A stretch of DNA of 63,998 nt, counting the filler, from Rhabdomonas costata (Eukaryota), in the NCBI GenBank assembly GCA_019059605.1. It is 32 parts of 32 records of this genome, joined end to end, with 100 filler letters (N's around TTAATTAATTAA, not from the genome) between each part and the next. Parts side by side here need not be neighbours in the genome. Positions count along the whole stretch, not along the records: positions 22,064 to 23,961 come from JAHMHO010007562.1; positions 24,062 to 25,965 come from JAHMHO010007563.1; positions 26,066 to 27,971 come from JAHMHO010007564.1; positions 28,072 to 29,974 come from JAHMHO010007565.1; positions 30,075 to 31,978 come from JAHMHO010007566.1; positions 32,079 to 33,982 come from JAHMHO010007567.1; positions 34,083 to 35,985 come from JAHMHO010007568.1; positions 36,086 to 37,987 come from JAHMHO010007569.1; 24 more parts are not named here. One strand, written 5' to 3'. Below, in pieces: positions 23,948 to 37,521 of this stretch (positions are counted from its first letter, which is position 1; each line of letters starts with the position of its first letter). The notes under the pieces are model-generated. The model did not search any database. It was not told the DNA's origin and worked only from the letters and a program-made list of their open reading frames with translations. A program made the position numbers and the translations under genes.

Positions 23948-26266
23948 CTGAACCCCCCCCANNNNNNNNNNNNNNNNNNNNNNNNNNNNNNNNNNNNNNN
24001 NNNNNTTAATTAATTAANNNNNNNNNNNNNNNNNNNNNNNNNNNNNNNNNNNNNNNNNNNNGTGGGGTGTCACGGCCCAGATCACGGAGGTGTGCCAAGA
24101 GAGAGATGTGATGTAGGTGTGGCTAGAGAGAGTCGGGGAGGTGTGGAGCATTCCGGACGAGACCAGCAGAAGACAGCAGATGAGATCAAGATGGGAGGGC
24201 GTGGGGCGAGGTTGGAGAGGAGAGTTTTGTCCCAGTTTGTTTTCAGCAGGATTCGAAGGAGAACGACAGCAGGCCAGCGAGACGAAGAAGCCCATCAAGA
24301 ACAAGGCCGCCGACAAGCAAGGATATCAAGAAGATAAAGAAGCAGAGGAGAAGCGAGGAAGGAGAACCCGACAGACGAAAAAGGAGTGAGCGCCAAGATC
24401 CAAGAGATTGCCCCATTTTTCTTATATTACGGAAGTGCAGGTGGTGTGGTGTGTTTCTGCGCGGTTTTTTGGGACAATCCGTGTGGCCGTGCGGGGTGAG
24501 ATTTGTTGATTGTGCCGCCGCTCCCTTCGGAAGCCCAAGATGAAGGAGGTAAGCAGACAATTTGGAGGTAGAGTAGCATTGGAATTTCTACTGGCCCGCA
24601 GGCGGCCCATTTCACCCCAAGTCCCCCCTCCGAGTTTGGCGAAGCGAGGCGGTGAGGCAGAAGACCCCCCATCCCGACGAATTAGTCCCAGCAAGCGGCG
24701 GAGTCCGCAAGTGTGAAGCGCCATGTGCGCCGGTAAGTGGGGTTGAAGCGAAGGCCCCTTCGAGGTGAGGCGCGGAGCGCGGTCGGGAAGTTTTTTGTAT
24801 TAAGACGGGTTGCGTGGCGAAGGTGGTTAAGTTCCCTTCAGAGGAGTTTGAGGGTGTGACGGAATAGCCGGTTGCGACCGAGAGTCGTTGACCAAGAGTC
24901 CATAGGATTGGGCCGCTGCGCGGCGTGGTTACGGCCGGGTACTACCCGGCCCTCGGTGAAAGCGCAGCCAAACCAGTAGAAAGAAAGTCTCTTCACCGAG
25001 GTGCGTTGACAGCGCTCACAAAGCGAAAGCTTTGTCGGGAAGGACCGCAGAATGGAGCGGATCGACTGGCCGACGCGAAAAGTCGCAAGAGCCACGTTAT
25101 TGGTCCGCGCCCCCCGTGCCGTCTGAAAAATCATTAAAAAAGGCAGACGTACTGTCGCGGATGCGGCAGACCATTCGTTTCCACTAACGACGCCGAGGAC
25201 GCTTTTATCATGTATCAGGTTTCCCGGCGCCTTCCGCTTTATCTCCCTTCCAATCCTCATCGTCTTTTCTGCAAAGCTCCCTACCTCCACTCAGTCTTCT
25301 TCCAGATCTTATGTGCAGCTTTTCTGATCTTCCCCCGAAATCCTGTTCATATTTTCTCCAATTTTTCTCTGACACAAGTCCGCTGTGAAGGCACCGCAGA
25401 TTTGGTATGGCCCTGTTTACGACATGGATTGTTGCGTTCGTTTGGCCTCTCCGCTCTAACGAAGCCCTTTTTGACACGCCGAAGTCTTTCATCAATTCTA
25501 GCGGCGTTCTTCTCCAATACACACGTTTTAGTAAGTTTGTTTTTTCGGCTGTGGGAACGAAAACAGTTTGGTACATTTCTCCCGCTGCCTTCTGCTGGAC
25601 CACGGGTAACAGAACTTACCCAAGGAAAACTAATGTCCTTCCTTATCGTCAAGTTCCTAGACTTTCGCTTTTCCTTTGCCGGCCCCCCTCTTTCTTTCTC
25701 TATTTCTTTCTTCTATTTCTTTTTATTTTTGACGGTTTTGCAGTCTGCGAACTGCCACGGCCTAAGCGCTGTACACAACCCACCTTGGTTGTGAAAATAG
25801 AAACAGTTTTGTACATTTCGTCCCGTTGCCTTCTCCTGGGCCCCGGGAAACGAAAGTTTCCGAAGGAAATTTATGTTTTGTCATCCTGTACGCAACGTTT
25901 GCCTTGACCGCTTTTTCAAAAACACGACTCACAAAGCGGGGACTTTAAAGCATCCGACTTCACACNNNNNNNNNNNNNNNNNNNNNNNNNNNNNNNNNNN
26001 NNNNNNNNNTTAATTAATTAANNNNNNNNNNNNNNNNNNNNNNNNNNNNNNNNNNNNNNNNNNNNTGTTGTGGTTATGGTAAATATAGCGACTTAGGGTC
26101 CTCTTCGCGGTTTTGTCTGATTTTGGCGCGGCTACTCAGACATGATTCCGCCCCGCCAGAGACTGCTGTTGCTTCCCTATTATTTTCGCACGAAATGCTT
26201 CTTTGCAGTTTGTAGTCACTCCTTTTGTCTTGCTATTTAATTGCCATGTGTGTGATGCAATCTTGA

Positions 26267-27636
26267 ATGGCGAATAGCGAGGCCTCCCTCGTCACTGAGG
26301 GAACAACGGCGACGGAGGTGGGGCGTCACTCTGAGCGATGCCTGGAGCTCTTCCTGCCGGAATGTCATGAGGCTGTGACAGCGTGGTACAATGACGAGGT
26401 ACTCGAGGGACGCTTTTCTGGGAGAGGGAGGGGTTGAACGTCAGAGAAGAGGTGCATGTCGATTTATCCTCTTGTGACTCGTCCCTAGACTCCCCCTCAT
26501 TTCAACCCCCCCCCCTCGCTGTCCCGTGCTTTTCACGTTGCCGGACATCCGTGCAAAGGTGCATATTTCCCCGACCCCGGGGGTCCTTTTTTAACTGTTA
26601 CGTTTACCAACCGCCCACCTTTTCAGCGCGTGTCGCTGCTATGCCGCTTCGCTTTATCATGTGAGGCTGTATGTGTTTGCGCAGGCTAGTAAAGCGGAAA
26701 GGGTTTGCTTCCGCTCTGTGGTCCGCGGAATTCGGGAGGCGGGCAGCAGCGGGGACACCCCTGCGGCCCCCCTGGAGGGAAAGTACAAGACTTGGGTATT
26801 GTCAACCCCTCTCCCCACCGACTCACTCAGTCCAGAGCACCGTCCGGGAGGGAGGTCTCCATCAAAGGGGGGCCGTAGAGGGCCATGAGGCAAGCTCCAC
26901 GACTCTCCAAATTTCCGGTTCAGATATTTTTGCATGACTTAAGATTTAATAAAGTAAGCGAGCAGCAGGGGCAGCCGAAACAGGGACAGGAAAGCCCAGG
27001 CTCGCGAAGATAAAGAATGGACTCTCCCCAAAGTGGGAACATCGGGGCCCGTCACACTGGAGCTGAAGAACACCAGTATTGTCTCATGGCAACGTGTTTT
27101 CACACTTTCATACTTCTGGACACCACACCTGTGTAATGAATCGTAAGAAAATTATAACCACAGAAATGACTGCACGTGTGGTTTCGAGGTGGCACCTGGG
27201 CGACCAACCCTTCCCCTCCTTCTCAGCGATAACGTGCTCTCAGGCAATATATCATCAAGTGCGCAAACCCCAGGTCAAACTTGCACTCATATCACCACAC
27301 CCCTTTCACTATCCGCTACTCACCTCCCTGCTACCCTTGCCCGCCGACTCGCTACCTCTTTTCCCCCACGTATTCCTCAAAACACCTCGTCCTCCTCTCT
27401 GCCTAAGTCCCTCCCCTCTTAACTTAATTTCGCATGCTCAGAAACTTGCTTTTTTCCTTCGACAGCTGGCAGAGAGGACAGACGCTGGAAATCACATTTC
27501 ACATGAATGGCTGCTCCAGTTGCACGGCATATTGTCATCAAGTTCCCACGGTCTTTACATATACACGAGGGCAGTATTGTTGGGCCGTGCTGCGCAAGGA
27601 AATCTTCAGGCTTTAAATGTGTATATAAAGTATTAA
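26267..27636 (+). CDS. Hypothetical small protein; putative exons 26267-26398, 26685-26795, 27466-27636
   Basis: An ATG, two phase-0 GT-AG joins and a TAA give an open frame. No homology was recognised. Confidence 0.45.
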
Positions 27637-28264
27637 ACTAAAACTGGGGAAACTGCAGCTCTATCCAAGCTTCACAAAAGGAGCCGGAGGAGCAGTCTGC
27701 ATTCTGTTAAAAGAACCAGACACCAAGTTGCTCTCAGGAGTCAGAAGCTGAACTAGAACTTAAAAGGCTTAAGTGCGCTATTGTACCCACCTTTGAAAGA
27801 GAAGTCAGAACGGAAAGTGTCCATCCCGAACAGCGTCCAATTTCCCCTCATCACTGCGCAAAGCCTCCAAATCAAACAAAGAAAACATTATCTGCAGAAA
27901 AGGTAGCAACGCACCGTAACCCTAGGTACGTTGCTGGGGGGGGGGGGGCCGAGCCCCCCCCGACCCCCCCCNNNNNNNNNNNNNNNNNNNNNNNNNNNNN
28001 NNNNNNNNNNNNNNNTTAATTAATTAANNNNNNNNNNNNNNNNNNNNNNNNNNNNNNNNNNNNNNNNNNNNGGTTGTTTGTCCACACAAGCTTGAACAAG
28101 ACTGCCGTTTTGTGTGGACAAAAAACCACCAATTTGCAAGAAGCAACCTGCACATAAGAAACAAAGGTTTTGGGGGTTGTGCACAGGAGTCAGCAAAGGG
28201 ACAGAAAAAGAAAGAGATAAGAGATGTTGAGGGATAAAAAGGAAAAACACAGACATACACACAC

Positions 28265-29974
28265 CCCAGCGAAGTTCAGAGTGCGCAGACGCGTCAGTAC
28301 CACCGTCAGGGCCTTGAACCTCCGGACGAAGAACAGGTACTCCAGCACGAAGCAAAGAATGGCCACTCCGACGACGATCCCCATCCCCGCTAGCCCGGCT
28401 TGCAGGAGGCCTCTTATGAGGCTGCCATACACGTCGTCGTAGGCCACAAAGACCAGGCAGTACATTGGGGACTACAGGGACACCGCCCACAAAGAAAGAG
28501 GCATGGGACAAGGATGACCAGAGTATAAAAAAACCCAGAGCAAAGAAGAACAGTCGTGGACTTCCGTGTGTGTTTTTTGGCATGGTGTGCGCATGTCAAG
28601 GGCCGGCTTGCCTGCCACCTTTCTTTATTGTCTTCCAACCGCTAAAGTCTTGACGTTCAACAAAAATCTACAATACATCATTTCCCTCTGAAACCAGGGA
28701 TGTACAAAAGCATGCACCACCTCTGCAACCGGAAAAAAAAGAAGCAGAGAAAAAGCAGACAATTGGCTGTGGGTTTCAGTGGTTTTTGGTGGGTTTTAAC
28801 TTACTCGACCAAAAAAAAAACAGCTGGTTTCCAGAAAGCAATTTTGGATGACAAATTCTCAGCCATTCCCGGGCGATAACGAGTCGATTAAAAGGGATAT
28901 ATGGGCCACGCCTCAAACTCACGAGGTGGGAAGCGAAACTCGACAAACCAACAAGAAGCAGAACCATCATCTCTACGTAAAAATCAACAATTTTCACCAC
29001 CTGTTTTTGGTCCATAATGCCCGATTTATGGGGTGCACTTTCGGTCGTGAGTCGTTCAGGACGCGGACTGTGAAAATGGATGGAAAAATGGTCCAGGAAC
29101 CTGGTACACCGAGGATCCGAGTCCAAGATCAAGTTTTCGTGCCGTCAACAGCCCCCTCGTGCCCCCATAGTAGTACCCCTGAATAAAGCGATGGAGCAAG
29201 TAAGCGCAAAAACGGCTCTACGGTTCTCAGTTCTAAATCCAAACCCTGCCACCACTCCCTCCATTCTTCCGTTTTCAATCCAAAGGGCCGGCTGCTACAA
29301 TCACGGTGCAGCACCAAAAAAAAGAGGAGGGGAAATTACGTAGGTCTGGCTGGTCGTCATGGAGGTCAGGTCGTAGTTGTACACCATCATCAGCTTACGA
29401 CCCCCCTCGGAGATCATAGGAACACTCTGTTTGTGCGTGTGATAATAAGAGGTTGCACCCAAAGACGTGGCACAGAGAGAGATGCTTCGCCGGGATCGCG
29501 CACATCAAAACCCATCCAACATATTTTCATTCCTAAAATAGTTTTACTTCTTTCTTTCTTTCTTTCGTTCGGTCGGTCGGTCGGTCGTTCTTTCAGGAAA
29601 AGCAAAGTCACACATTTAATTGATCTTTAATTAAATCCTTCACTCGAATAAATTTGGATTTTTGCACCTGCTGGTTGGCTTGCGGGGATCCAGTACACTG
29701 TCAAACAACAAGCTTCTTTCATGCCACACTCCATCACGAAATAAAATCGATTCGAGGTAGATGTGAGCTGGTGGTTGGGGGCGTCGTAACCATTGGTGAA
29801 CATGGTCGCCCCCAGGGAGCAATCGAGCGGCCCTCACTCACGGTTCCGGAGAACCCCACGCTTTCGATTTTCGTCTTTCAGAAGCTGTGACAGCTAATAA
29901 TCATAAGAAATATACAGCCACGAAGGCAGACGAGGCACGCACACCGTGAACTCCCAGATCCCAAACCACCCAAC
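28265..29974 (-). CDS. Membrane receptor fragment (extracellular region, TM helix and start of a HAMP-like linker), probably receptor-type adenylate cyclase
   Basis: Phase-0 exons are 29974-29945, 29874-29842, 29697-29668, 29426-29340 and 28471-28265. The last reads ...AGMGIVVGVAILCFVLEYLFFVRRFKALTVVLTRLRTLNF. Confidence 0.6.
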
Positions 29975-31167
29975 NNNNNNNNNNNNNNNNNNNNNNNNNN
30001 NNNNNNNNNNNNNNNNNNTTAATTAATTAANNNNNNNNNNNNNNNNNNNNNNNNNNNNNNNNNNNNNNNNNNNNTGTTGTGTGGGGTCATCTCCTGTGTT
30101 TTCCGAATTAAACACGGCGCTGCCTTCTTTATCGGCCATTTACTGACATGGCAGGTTCGCTGGTGTGTGGTGTGTGGTTAGCTTAGTGAGCAGTAGTGTC
30201 TTTGCAGCTTTGCAGTTTCCACCTTATCATAACGGGACCTTTTGCACGTGCACCTTTTGGACGTTCGTGCTTTGTCGCACCGCCTGCCTGGTCGGAAAGC
30301 GTCCCAACAAACGCTATGGACACGTGCATTTGGATCACTGCAAAATACGCAAAATCCTCAGAAGTCTGTGCCGGATCGCTGTCAATCTACTGGGTCAGTC
30401 GGCACTTCATTTTCAGTATCTGACTTCTTGCTTTGGCTTATCCAGTTAAACGTGTCCATGGCATTCTTTGCGAGCAGAACAAACAACTCGACAGAACTTG
30501 CTCCTACTCACGCAGAATAGCCACAGGCGAGGCAAGTGCAGCCTGAATCTTGAGGTCCTCGCTCGGGAGCTGGAGTGTTTGGAAGGAACCCCGGTTTCAC
30601 CCACCCGTGTGTGGTCTTTCTGTTTTTGGGTAGTCTCGACGGGGAGCCCGGCATCCTCAATGCTTGGAGGATGAACCCCCGGTGTATTTTGGCCGAGCTG
30701 GTCAATACGAGGACGTTTGCTTTTTTATGAATATGTAATGCTACAACGATCTCCATGTAGAATGCAATCCGAATGACAAATGTACCACTCACGAGAAATT
30801 ACAGTGTTCAGGGTCCGCCAAAAAGTCGATGCATAAGTTATCTATTCAAGCGCAAAATGACTAGGAAACGTGCCCGGTGAAGAATAGTGGGTATATGCCC
30901 GGTATATGCTGAGCGTCACCGTCACCCAGCTTTTTTTTCAGGCGATTGCAGGCGAGGTCGCCCCCTAAGTTAGCTAGCGAGCAATCTGCAAATATTTGGC
31001 TGAATTTAAAGGCCGGGAGGGTATTATGGAATCGTTTGCGCGATGTGAAACTGTGTCAGGCCGTTGTGTAAACTGTTCAGGCTGGTTCGAACACTTCCAG
31101 GCAGCGTGTCTTTGATGATGACCGACTGTTGCTGTGGTAGGTGCCCTTTATTTGTTGGGGGTTGCAG

Positions 31168-31338
31168 GCAATGCAAGACTTTATTGATGGGGACCTTCTG
31201 AGGGCGGAGGCCGCCTTTGCTAGGGCCGCGGAGGTGTTGCCTGACGATGGCCCCACAAAGCTTCTGCTGCAGCTGTGCCGAGAGGGGAGGAAGCCCGGGG
31301 AGCGGTGGAGTGGCGTAATCCGATTCGATCACAAGTGA
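31168..31338 (+). CDS. C-terminal TPR-like tail of a class III adenylate/guanylate cyclase, last exon
   Basis: AEAAFARAAEVLPDDGPTKLLLQLC...WSGVIRFDHK* matches the DGP...C...WxGV...K terminus of bacterial-type class III cyclases. Confidence 0.8.
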   Translation, partial: AMQDFIDGDLLRAEAAFARAAEVLPDDGPTKLLLQLCREGRKPGERWSGVIRFDHK

Positions 31339-34300
31339 TTGTGAGAAAATGGAGCCCTCGATCGTCCCCCCATCCCCCGATACACATACACTCACACCTC
31401 CACAGTGCTTTCATGACTTTGTAACTTCACCTGTCGACTCTGGCGTGGCCACACCTTGGTGAGATTCACGCATTGTTCGCGACTAGTGCTTCCCACTTTG
31501 TAAGTTTTGGTTTTCGTTGAGCTCCCGGCTCGGATTTTTCTTGCTGCGTTTGTGCGTGTGCCTGTTTTGTATTGTCTTGACTTTGTACTTTCCTGCTCAA
31601 ACAACATTCTGTGTCACTTGTGGAACCACCTCTGGAAGGATAATGTCTAGTGTCTTCCGTTTAAAGCAGTCCCAGGACTTGCTTCGGCTTCCGTGCCGTG
31701 TCTGGTGCTCCGTTGCTGTGCTGTGTTCTACCACCCCGCTTAATGGAAAAGGACAGATTAATATGGGTCGGGTATGGGGAGCATCGTTAGTTTTAGTTGG
31801 CATGCCCCCTCTTCCCTTCCGGCAGCCAAAACCTCTGTGTGAAACGAGTGATTAGATGCGACTATGGCCGAACGTTCCTCATGAGAAGCCTTCGCACCGA
31901 AGTTTGGAACAGCAAGTAGGGTTCACAGCAATCTTCATAGAGGGAGCAGACAAATAATGTGCAGCTGAACACCCAACCNNNNNNNNNNNNNNNNNNNNNN
32001 NNNNNNNNNNNNNNNNNNNNNNTTAATTAATTAANNNNNNNNNNNNNNNNNNNNNNNNNNNNNNNNNNNNNNNNNNNNTTTTTTGTTGTATTGCTTGTTG
32101 TATTGCCTGTTGCGTGCTGTGTTGATGCTGCGTTGGTTCCAGGCTCTTTTGATGTTATTGGGTTGGAGGGTGTGTTGCAGCTGGTGGGTAGTGGTGTCGA
32201 TTCTTTCGCTGCTTATTCAACAATGCTCTCTGTTTCTAGTGCGTAGGAAGTGTAGGATGGTGTCAGGATGGTTCGTAGATGTTGGGGATGTTGACTGTGG
32301 AGTTCTGAGGTGGAGTTAAGTTCTGAGGTAAATGGATGTTGGAGTGAGAAGTGAGGATGTTTGTTTATGTACATTCATACCAGGTTTCTTTTTCTACTCC
32401 GCTTCACTGCGTTCCTTCCATCATTCTAGGCATGGCTACTCTTTCTACCGCTTGTGCCCTTCTACTACGGCATGCCCTTTGACCATGCCTTCGTGATGCC
32501 TCTAGTGAACCCGTAAGTGAGGTATTTGCTGCGGCTACGCCAGGACGGAACAAACATGATGGAACCTGACGTGAGAAAGGTGCCATCATGAGAGTGAGTG
32601 ACACGTAATGTTGATGCATGGGTAATCGGAAGCACCTTAGGGTGGTGGAGTGAACAGAGGTGAGAGGAGTTATGCAATAGAACGTGAGCATCACGATGTG
32701 GAGATAAGGAACGTACCGCGTAGAGGGGAGTGACTACACGTGATCGATAGAACGTAGATGAAGTATGCCTTCAGGCCTTCCTCCACCCCTTCACTCTATC
32801 ACTATACCTACGCATCAACTTACCTTGCATCAGCCCCTCATAACGGTAGGCAGAGGGTTAGCATTGTGTAGTGGCATCTACCGTAGCATCAGCATGCAGC
32901 ATCAGCCTTAGCATCATCCTCTACAACCATCCCTTCCTCTCTAATCTCTGGGTGATGTATCTGTGGTGGTGGAATGCGTCCCTTTACCATTAGCGTTACC
33001 CTTAGACATCGGTGTCACTCCCTCACTCTACTAAATCACATCTGTCACGGGTTGGTGGTGGCTACGATGGAGGGTATGTCATAACGTCACTGCTAGCGTC
33101 ATTGCTACTATGCATACAGTACCACCATCACCATCACTACCACTGGTTGGCAACAACCATAACAGATTCTGGTGAAAAGGCTTGAGCGTAGACGTTATTC
33201 TGAGGTTGTAACGCGTAGAGTATTACTACTCTACGGTACTCCCTGTGTGCATAGTGCCATAACCGGTCACTAGGTCACCTCAATCACTGCCATGGAGTGC
33301 GTGACTAGGGTACGATGGTGTGAGTAGTGTAGGCATTGCTGCTGATACGCTACCGTTAACCACTAACCTCAATCACTTCCATCGTGTGGATTGAGTGGGT
33401 TTATTGTCCCCTATGGTTTGATTCGCAGCCCTTCCACAGGTCGGTCTTGGGTCGCCTACCCAGCACTACTACCACATGCTTGACGTGGGTTCATGTCCAC
33501 TAGCAGAGGTCATATCACCGTGTACAACCTGTGGGGTGATGCAATGACTCGCCTCTACCCACTACTAACGTACAGCCTCAGGTGTTGAGTTACGCGCTAC
33601 GTTGCATATGATCCTCGTCGTACCTGCGTCATCACGTGTTTCGTGTTAGCGAGATCAGTGAGAGAAACGATGCCAACCCAGGCGTTGAACTTCATGGTAA
33701 CCAATCCTTACTACTCAGGACACCAAGAACTATCGTCGATATGTTGTGGATCACGGAAGTAGCGAGTGGAGCTGTTGGCCTTCCAACCCGAAAGCAGAAC
33801 ACACCCTCCGAAGAGGAACCCCGACACAGAAGCACTACACAAGCACAGCACCCACCACAGAAACGCACCATCCGAAACCGAACCCTGACCACGAACTCCG
33901 ACTCACGAACATCCTCAACTCGCAGACACTAAAGCAATACGAATACACATGAAGGCAGAAACACAACCCAAGAACACAAACCNNNNNNNNNNNNNNNNNN
34001 NNNNNNNNNNNNNNNNNNNNNNNNNNTTAATTAATTAANNNNNNNNNNNNNNNNNNNNNNNNNNNNNNNNNNNNNNNNNNNNTTTTGTGTGTGGAAAGAT
34101 CGGGGGTGCATTGATGGAGAGGTTGGGGCGCTTCCTCCTTTTTTCTTTGACGTTTTCTTTTCTTTTGGGAGTGGAGGTGGGTGTTGGAGACTGCTTCTTC
34201 CAAGCTTAGTTTTTGAAGGGTCTTAGGTTGTGCACATCCTCTCCGCGAAAGCCAACTCAAGGAAACCTTCACGGAACTGAAACCGTGAAGGTCGGTTACT

Positions 34301-35679
34301 GTTCCCTTTCCTTAGCAAAGGCCAACGCACGCAAGTGATGTGAACACAACCGCTGGACGACACCTCTTCAACAGGTGGTAGTATCAGGCCCCGTCTCTTC
34401 TCTTTGCAGAAGTCCACAGCCTCGCCGTCTTTGTCTGTCGCTCTCATCCCTCACGGCACCTGTTTGTATGGCGACTTCCAGGCAATCTGGTGCACGCTCT
34501 CCACGCAGCACCGCCATCTGGAGTTTTCCCATTCCTTGGAGACACCGTTTGCCAGCGGGTGCGAAGTGGTCTGGTCGGTCTACTTCGTTGGCCTTGCAAA
34601 GGTAGCGACAGCTTTTCGGCAATGAGCCGGATATTGTCAAGTTTCCAGGAGAAAGGGAAATGTAATAACATGAGCCCACTGCATGTGCACAGGCACGCAC
34701 CACACACCTTCAGACACCCTTTTACAGTGCGCGTCTCTCCTTTCGTTCATGCCTCGTCTTTTTCTCGTGTCCCCGTTTCCACTCATTTTTTTGTTTCTTA
34801 AGTTCTGTCTCCTCCATCCTGTTGAGGGATGGGGGCCGAACTCCTGTTAGGCTGATTTGCTGATCTTACCCATATCGAAATGGTGCCCCCGGACGAAAAC
34901 TTGGCAAAGGGTTCTGCGGTTCACCCCAGTACCCGGGCACTTCCTCCTCCGCTCCCTCCTCATATCAATCCACACCTTCGTTGCGTTTTGTTTCTTTGTG
35001 AATGTATTTGTGCCCCCCCCCCTCACCGCTTTTCTCCCCACATGCTCACTGATTCAGCCATCACCGTCATGTTCTTCTCTCCCCCTCGTTACCTTCCAAT
35101 GGCTTGGAAGCTCGAAACGCAATTCATGAGCAGAGACAACCAGAACTCCTAGGGCACGCTCCGGTTTCCACAAGTCCTGCGCATCCCGACGGCACCTTCC
35201 TTCGAAACTCCGTTCACAATTTAGGTCGTAGCGAACCGGCCGGTGGTATGCCGCGTCCTCCTGGAGTTGCCGTTTTCCAACCCCACGTGTGCCACCCTTT
35301 CACACCTTTTTGTTTTAAGTTTATTGAGAAAACTTTGCCCGAGCTGCACTGTGGTCCATTGATGTTTTGTATACGTTTACCTCTGGAGGACCCGCACGAG
35401 CTTCCCTCCCTGCGTGGAGCTGAGAATGCTCTAGAGCGGTGTCTTCGTTCATTTTTAGAACAGTATTGGGAGTGTTCTCGCGCAACTGCACCACTCCGGT
35501 GGGATGGGATGCGGCACAAAAATTACAAGGGCAGTTTTGTAACATTTGCCCTCGTGGTTACAGCTTGTTTTTCCTGTTGCGGGTTGTCGCGCGATTCACT
35601 ATGATGTGATTTCTCTCTTCAGTCAGTCTTTTCGACCTTCCGTGCCTTTCTTCTCTTCTTGTTCTGTTGCATCGCTTCC

Positions 35680-35985
35680 ATGAGAATGGAAGCATACGTA
35701 GCTTTAACACTTGCCTTGGGAATCTTCAGCGTGTGTGATGGATCTGCGGTGTACTTTGTGTTCAACCCCGGGCCCAACTGCACTTCTGGCACCCCCTACG
35801 CTCAATTCAATGAGAATTACCGCTTGGGTATTCAGCTGGGCCTGAACCAAGCCCAGGATATGCAAATTACGGGCAGACAGGTCTCCCTGGTCGACGCATT
35901 GTCACCCACCGGGGCCTTCCCATCTCTGCCGTCCGCCCCCCTTGCGGTGCTCGGAGGGCTCTGCCCCACTGCTCCACCACCCCAC
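35680..35985 (+). CDS. Secreted/receptor protein with signal peptide and start of a periplasmic-binding (Venus-flytrap) domain
   Basis: A signal peptide (MEAYVALTLALGIFSVCDG) is followed by YRLGIQLGLNQAQDMQITGRQVSLV, like the first helix/strand of type-1 PBP folds. Confidence 0.6.
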
Positions 35986-37419
35986 NNNNNNNNNNNNNNN
36001 NNNNNNNNNNNNNNNNNNNNNNNNNNNNNTTAATTAATTAANNNNNNNNNNNNNNNNNNNNNNNNNNNNNNNNNNNNNNNNNNNNGGTTTTTGTGTGGAA
36101 GATTGCGTTGGGATTGTATTTTTTGTGAGTTTGTACATGGGTGGGCGGCGGCCACTTCGTCTGTACCGGAATAACAACAACGACCGGACAGAAGACTTGG
36201 TTGGCGGCAAAGTATTCCCACGATTTGCGTGCTCATGCTTTGTGATCTTAGTTCGGTTAGTTCGGATGGGACAGGCTTTATTTTAAAAGTTACGGATAAC
36301 AATGCAGTAGTGGAGAGAAAGATGCAAGATTTGTTCTCGCTAGGCTTGGACTTTGAGTACGCAAAAACAAAGCGAATGGTGCATCGGTCGACCAGGACAC
36401 CGATGTATTGAGCTTCATTGATCACTCTGTGCTCATAACTGGAGGGATTCCGCTTCACCGTTGTGTTTCTGTTGTCTCTTTGGATCTGGATGCACAAGTA
36501 GACATGGCAGGATTATAATTGTCACCCTACTAAGAAATTGTTGGCACCCCCCTTCCTCCCCAAAAAAACAGCATTGCACCGGCTATTTCTTTTCGGTCAC
36601 GTCACATAGGGCATGCACAGGGTTACAATCACTTCCTGTGCGAGGCCTGCGGAGCCCGATGAAGGGTGTTCATTTGCCGTGGCCGAGAGCTGCCGGTCTG
36701 CACGGAAGAAGCTCCTGAAGACATGGAGGAGGCTGACAGTCTGAGTTTTCCGCTAAACTGTTGCTAAGTCATTCACTCTTCTCAATCACTCCGTCTTGTT
36801 TGGACTCACGATCGCTGTCTCGCGTGTCGCCATAGAGGACTCGCTTGTCCTTTCGGCAGAGTTCCGGGGCTCTCTTCTCTTTGCTTTGCTAATTTTGCTT
36901 CGAGGCAACGCTGTACTGCTTTCTTAATGATTTCAGTCACTGCACTGATGATCACCATTGCCATCGATAAGTGAGGTGACCAACACTTCATTGCGACCGT
37001 TCCAGCTGTTTCTCTCCATGGAGCCTAATGTACCTGCTTGTTTTTTGTTGTGTGTGAAAGGTCTGTGCTGCTCTAATTTTCTCTCCCTCGTCGTTATTCG
37101 TGATTCCTGACATCTTCCTCTGCTTGCACAAAAAGTTTCAGCGCAGATGATGATGAACATTTCTGCTTTTCTCTTCTGTCCGTGTGCCGCACTCAGCGGT
37201 TTCGCTTTTTCGCGTGCTGTCATAAAACGTTGCCACGAAATGCGGATAAGGTCCTCCACCACACTTCCTCTTCTCCCTTTCGCTCACCCTGCCGTCCCAG
37301 GTCCCTGTCTTCACCGTGTGGCTTCGCAGCAGTTGCGTAACCACACGACGAGCCCAGTATCTCTCTTCGCTTTTCTGTGCGTGGGCAAGAACTCATGTCC
37401 TCTTCGCACAGGAGTGTAT

Positions 37420-37521
37420 TGCTGGAGGGAGGAGAACAGGCACGACTATACACAACCGAACCACCAGAACAAAGTGGTGGTTCGGTTGTGTATAGTCGTG
37501 CCCGTTCTCCTCCCTCCAGCA
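37420..37521. repeat. Internal palindrome with 47-bp arms (one mismatch) and an 8-nt loop
   Basis: 37420-37466 is the reverse complement of 37475-37521. Confidence 0.95.

Noticed and set aside
33470..33625. Fragments resembling LSU rRNA peptidyl-transferase motifs (TGGGTTCA)
   Set aside because: The matches are too short and flanking conserved motifs are absent.
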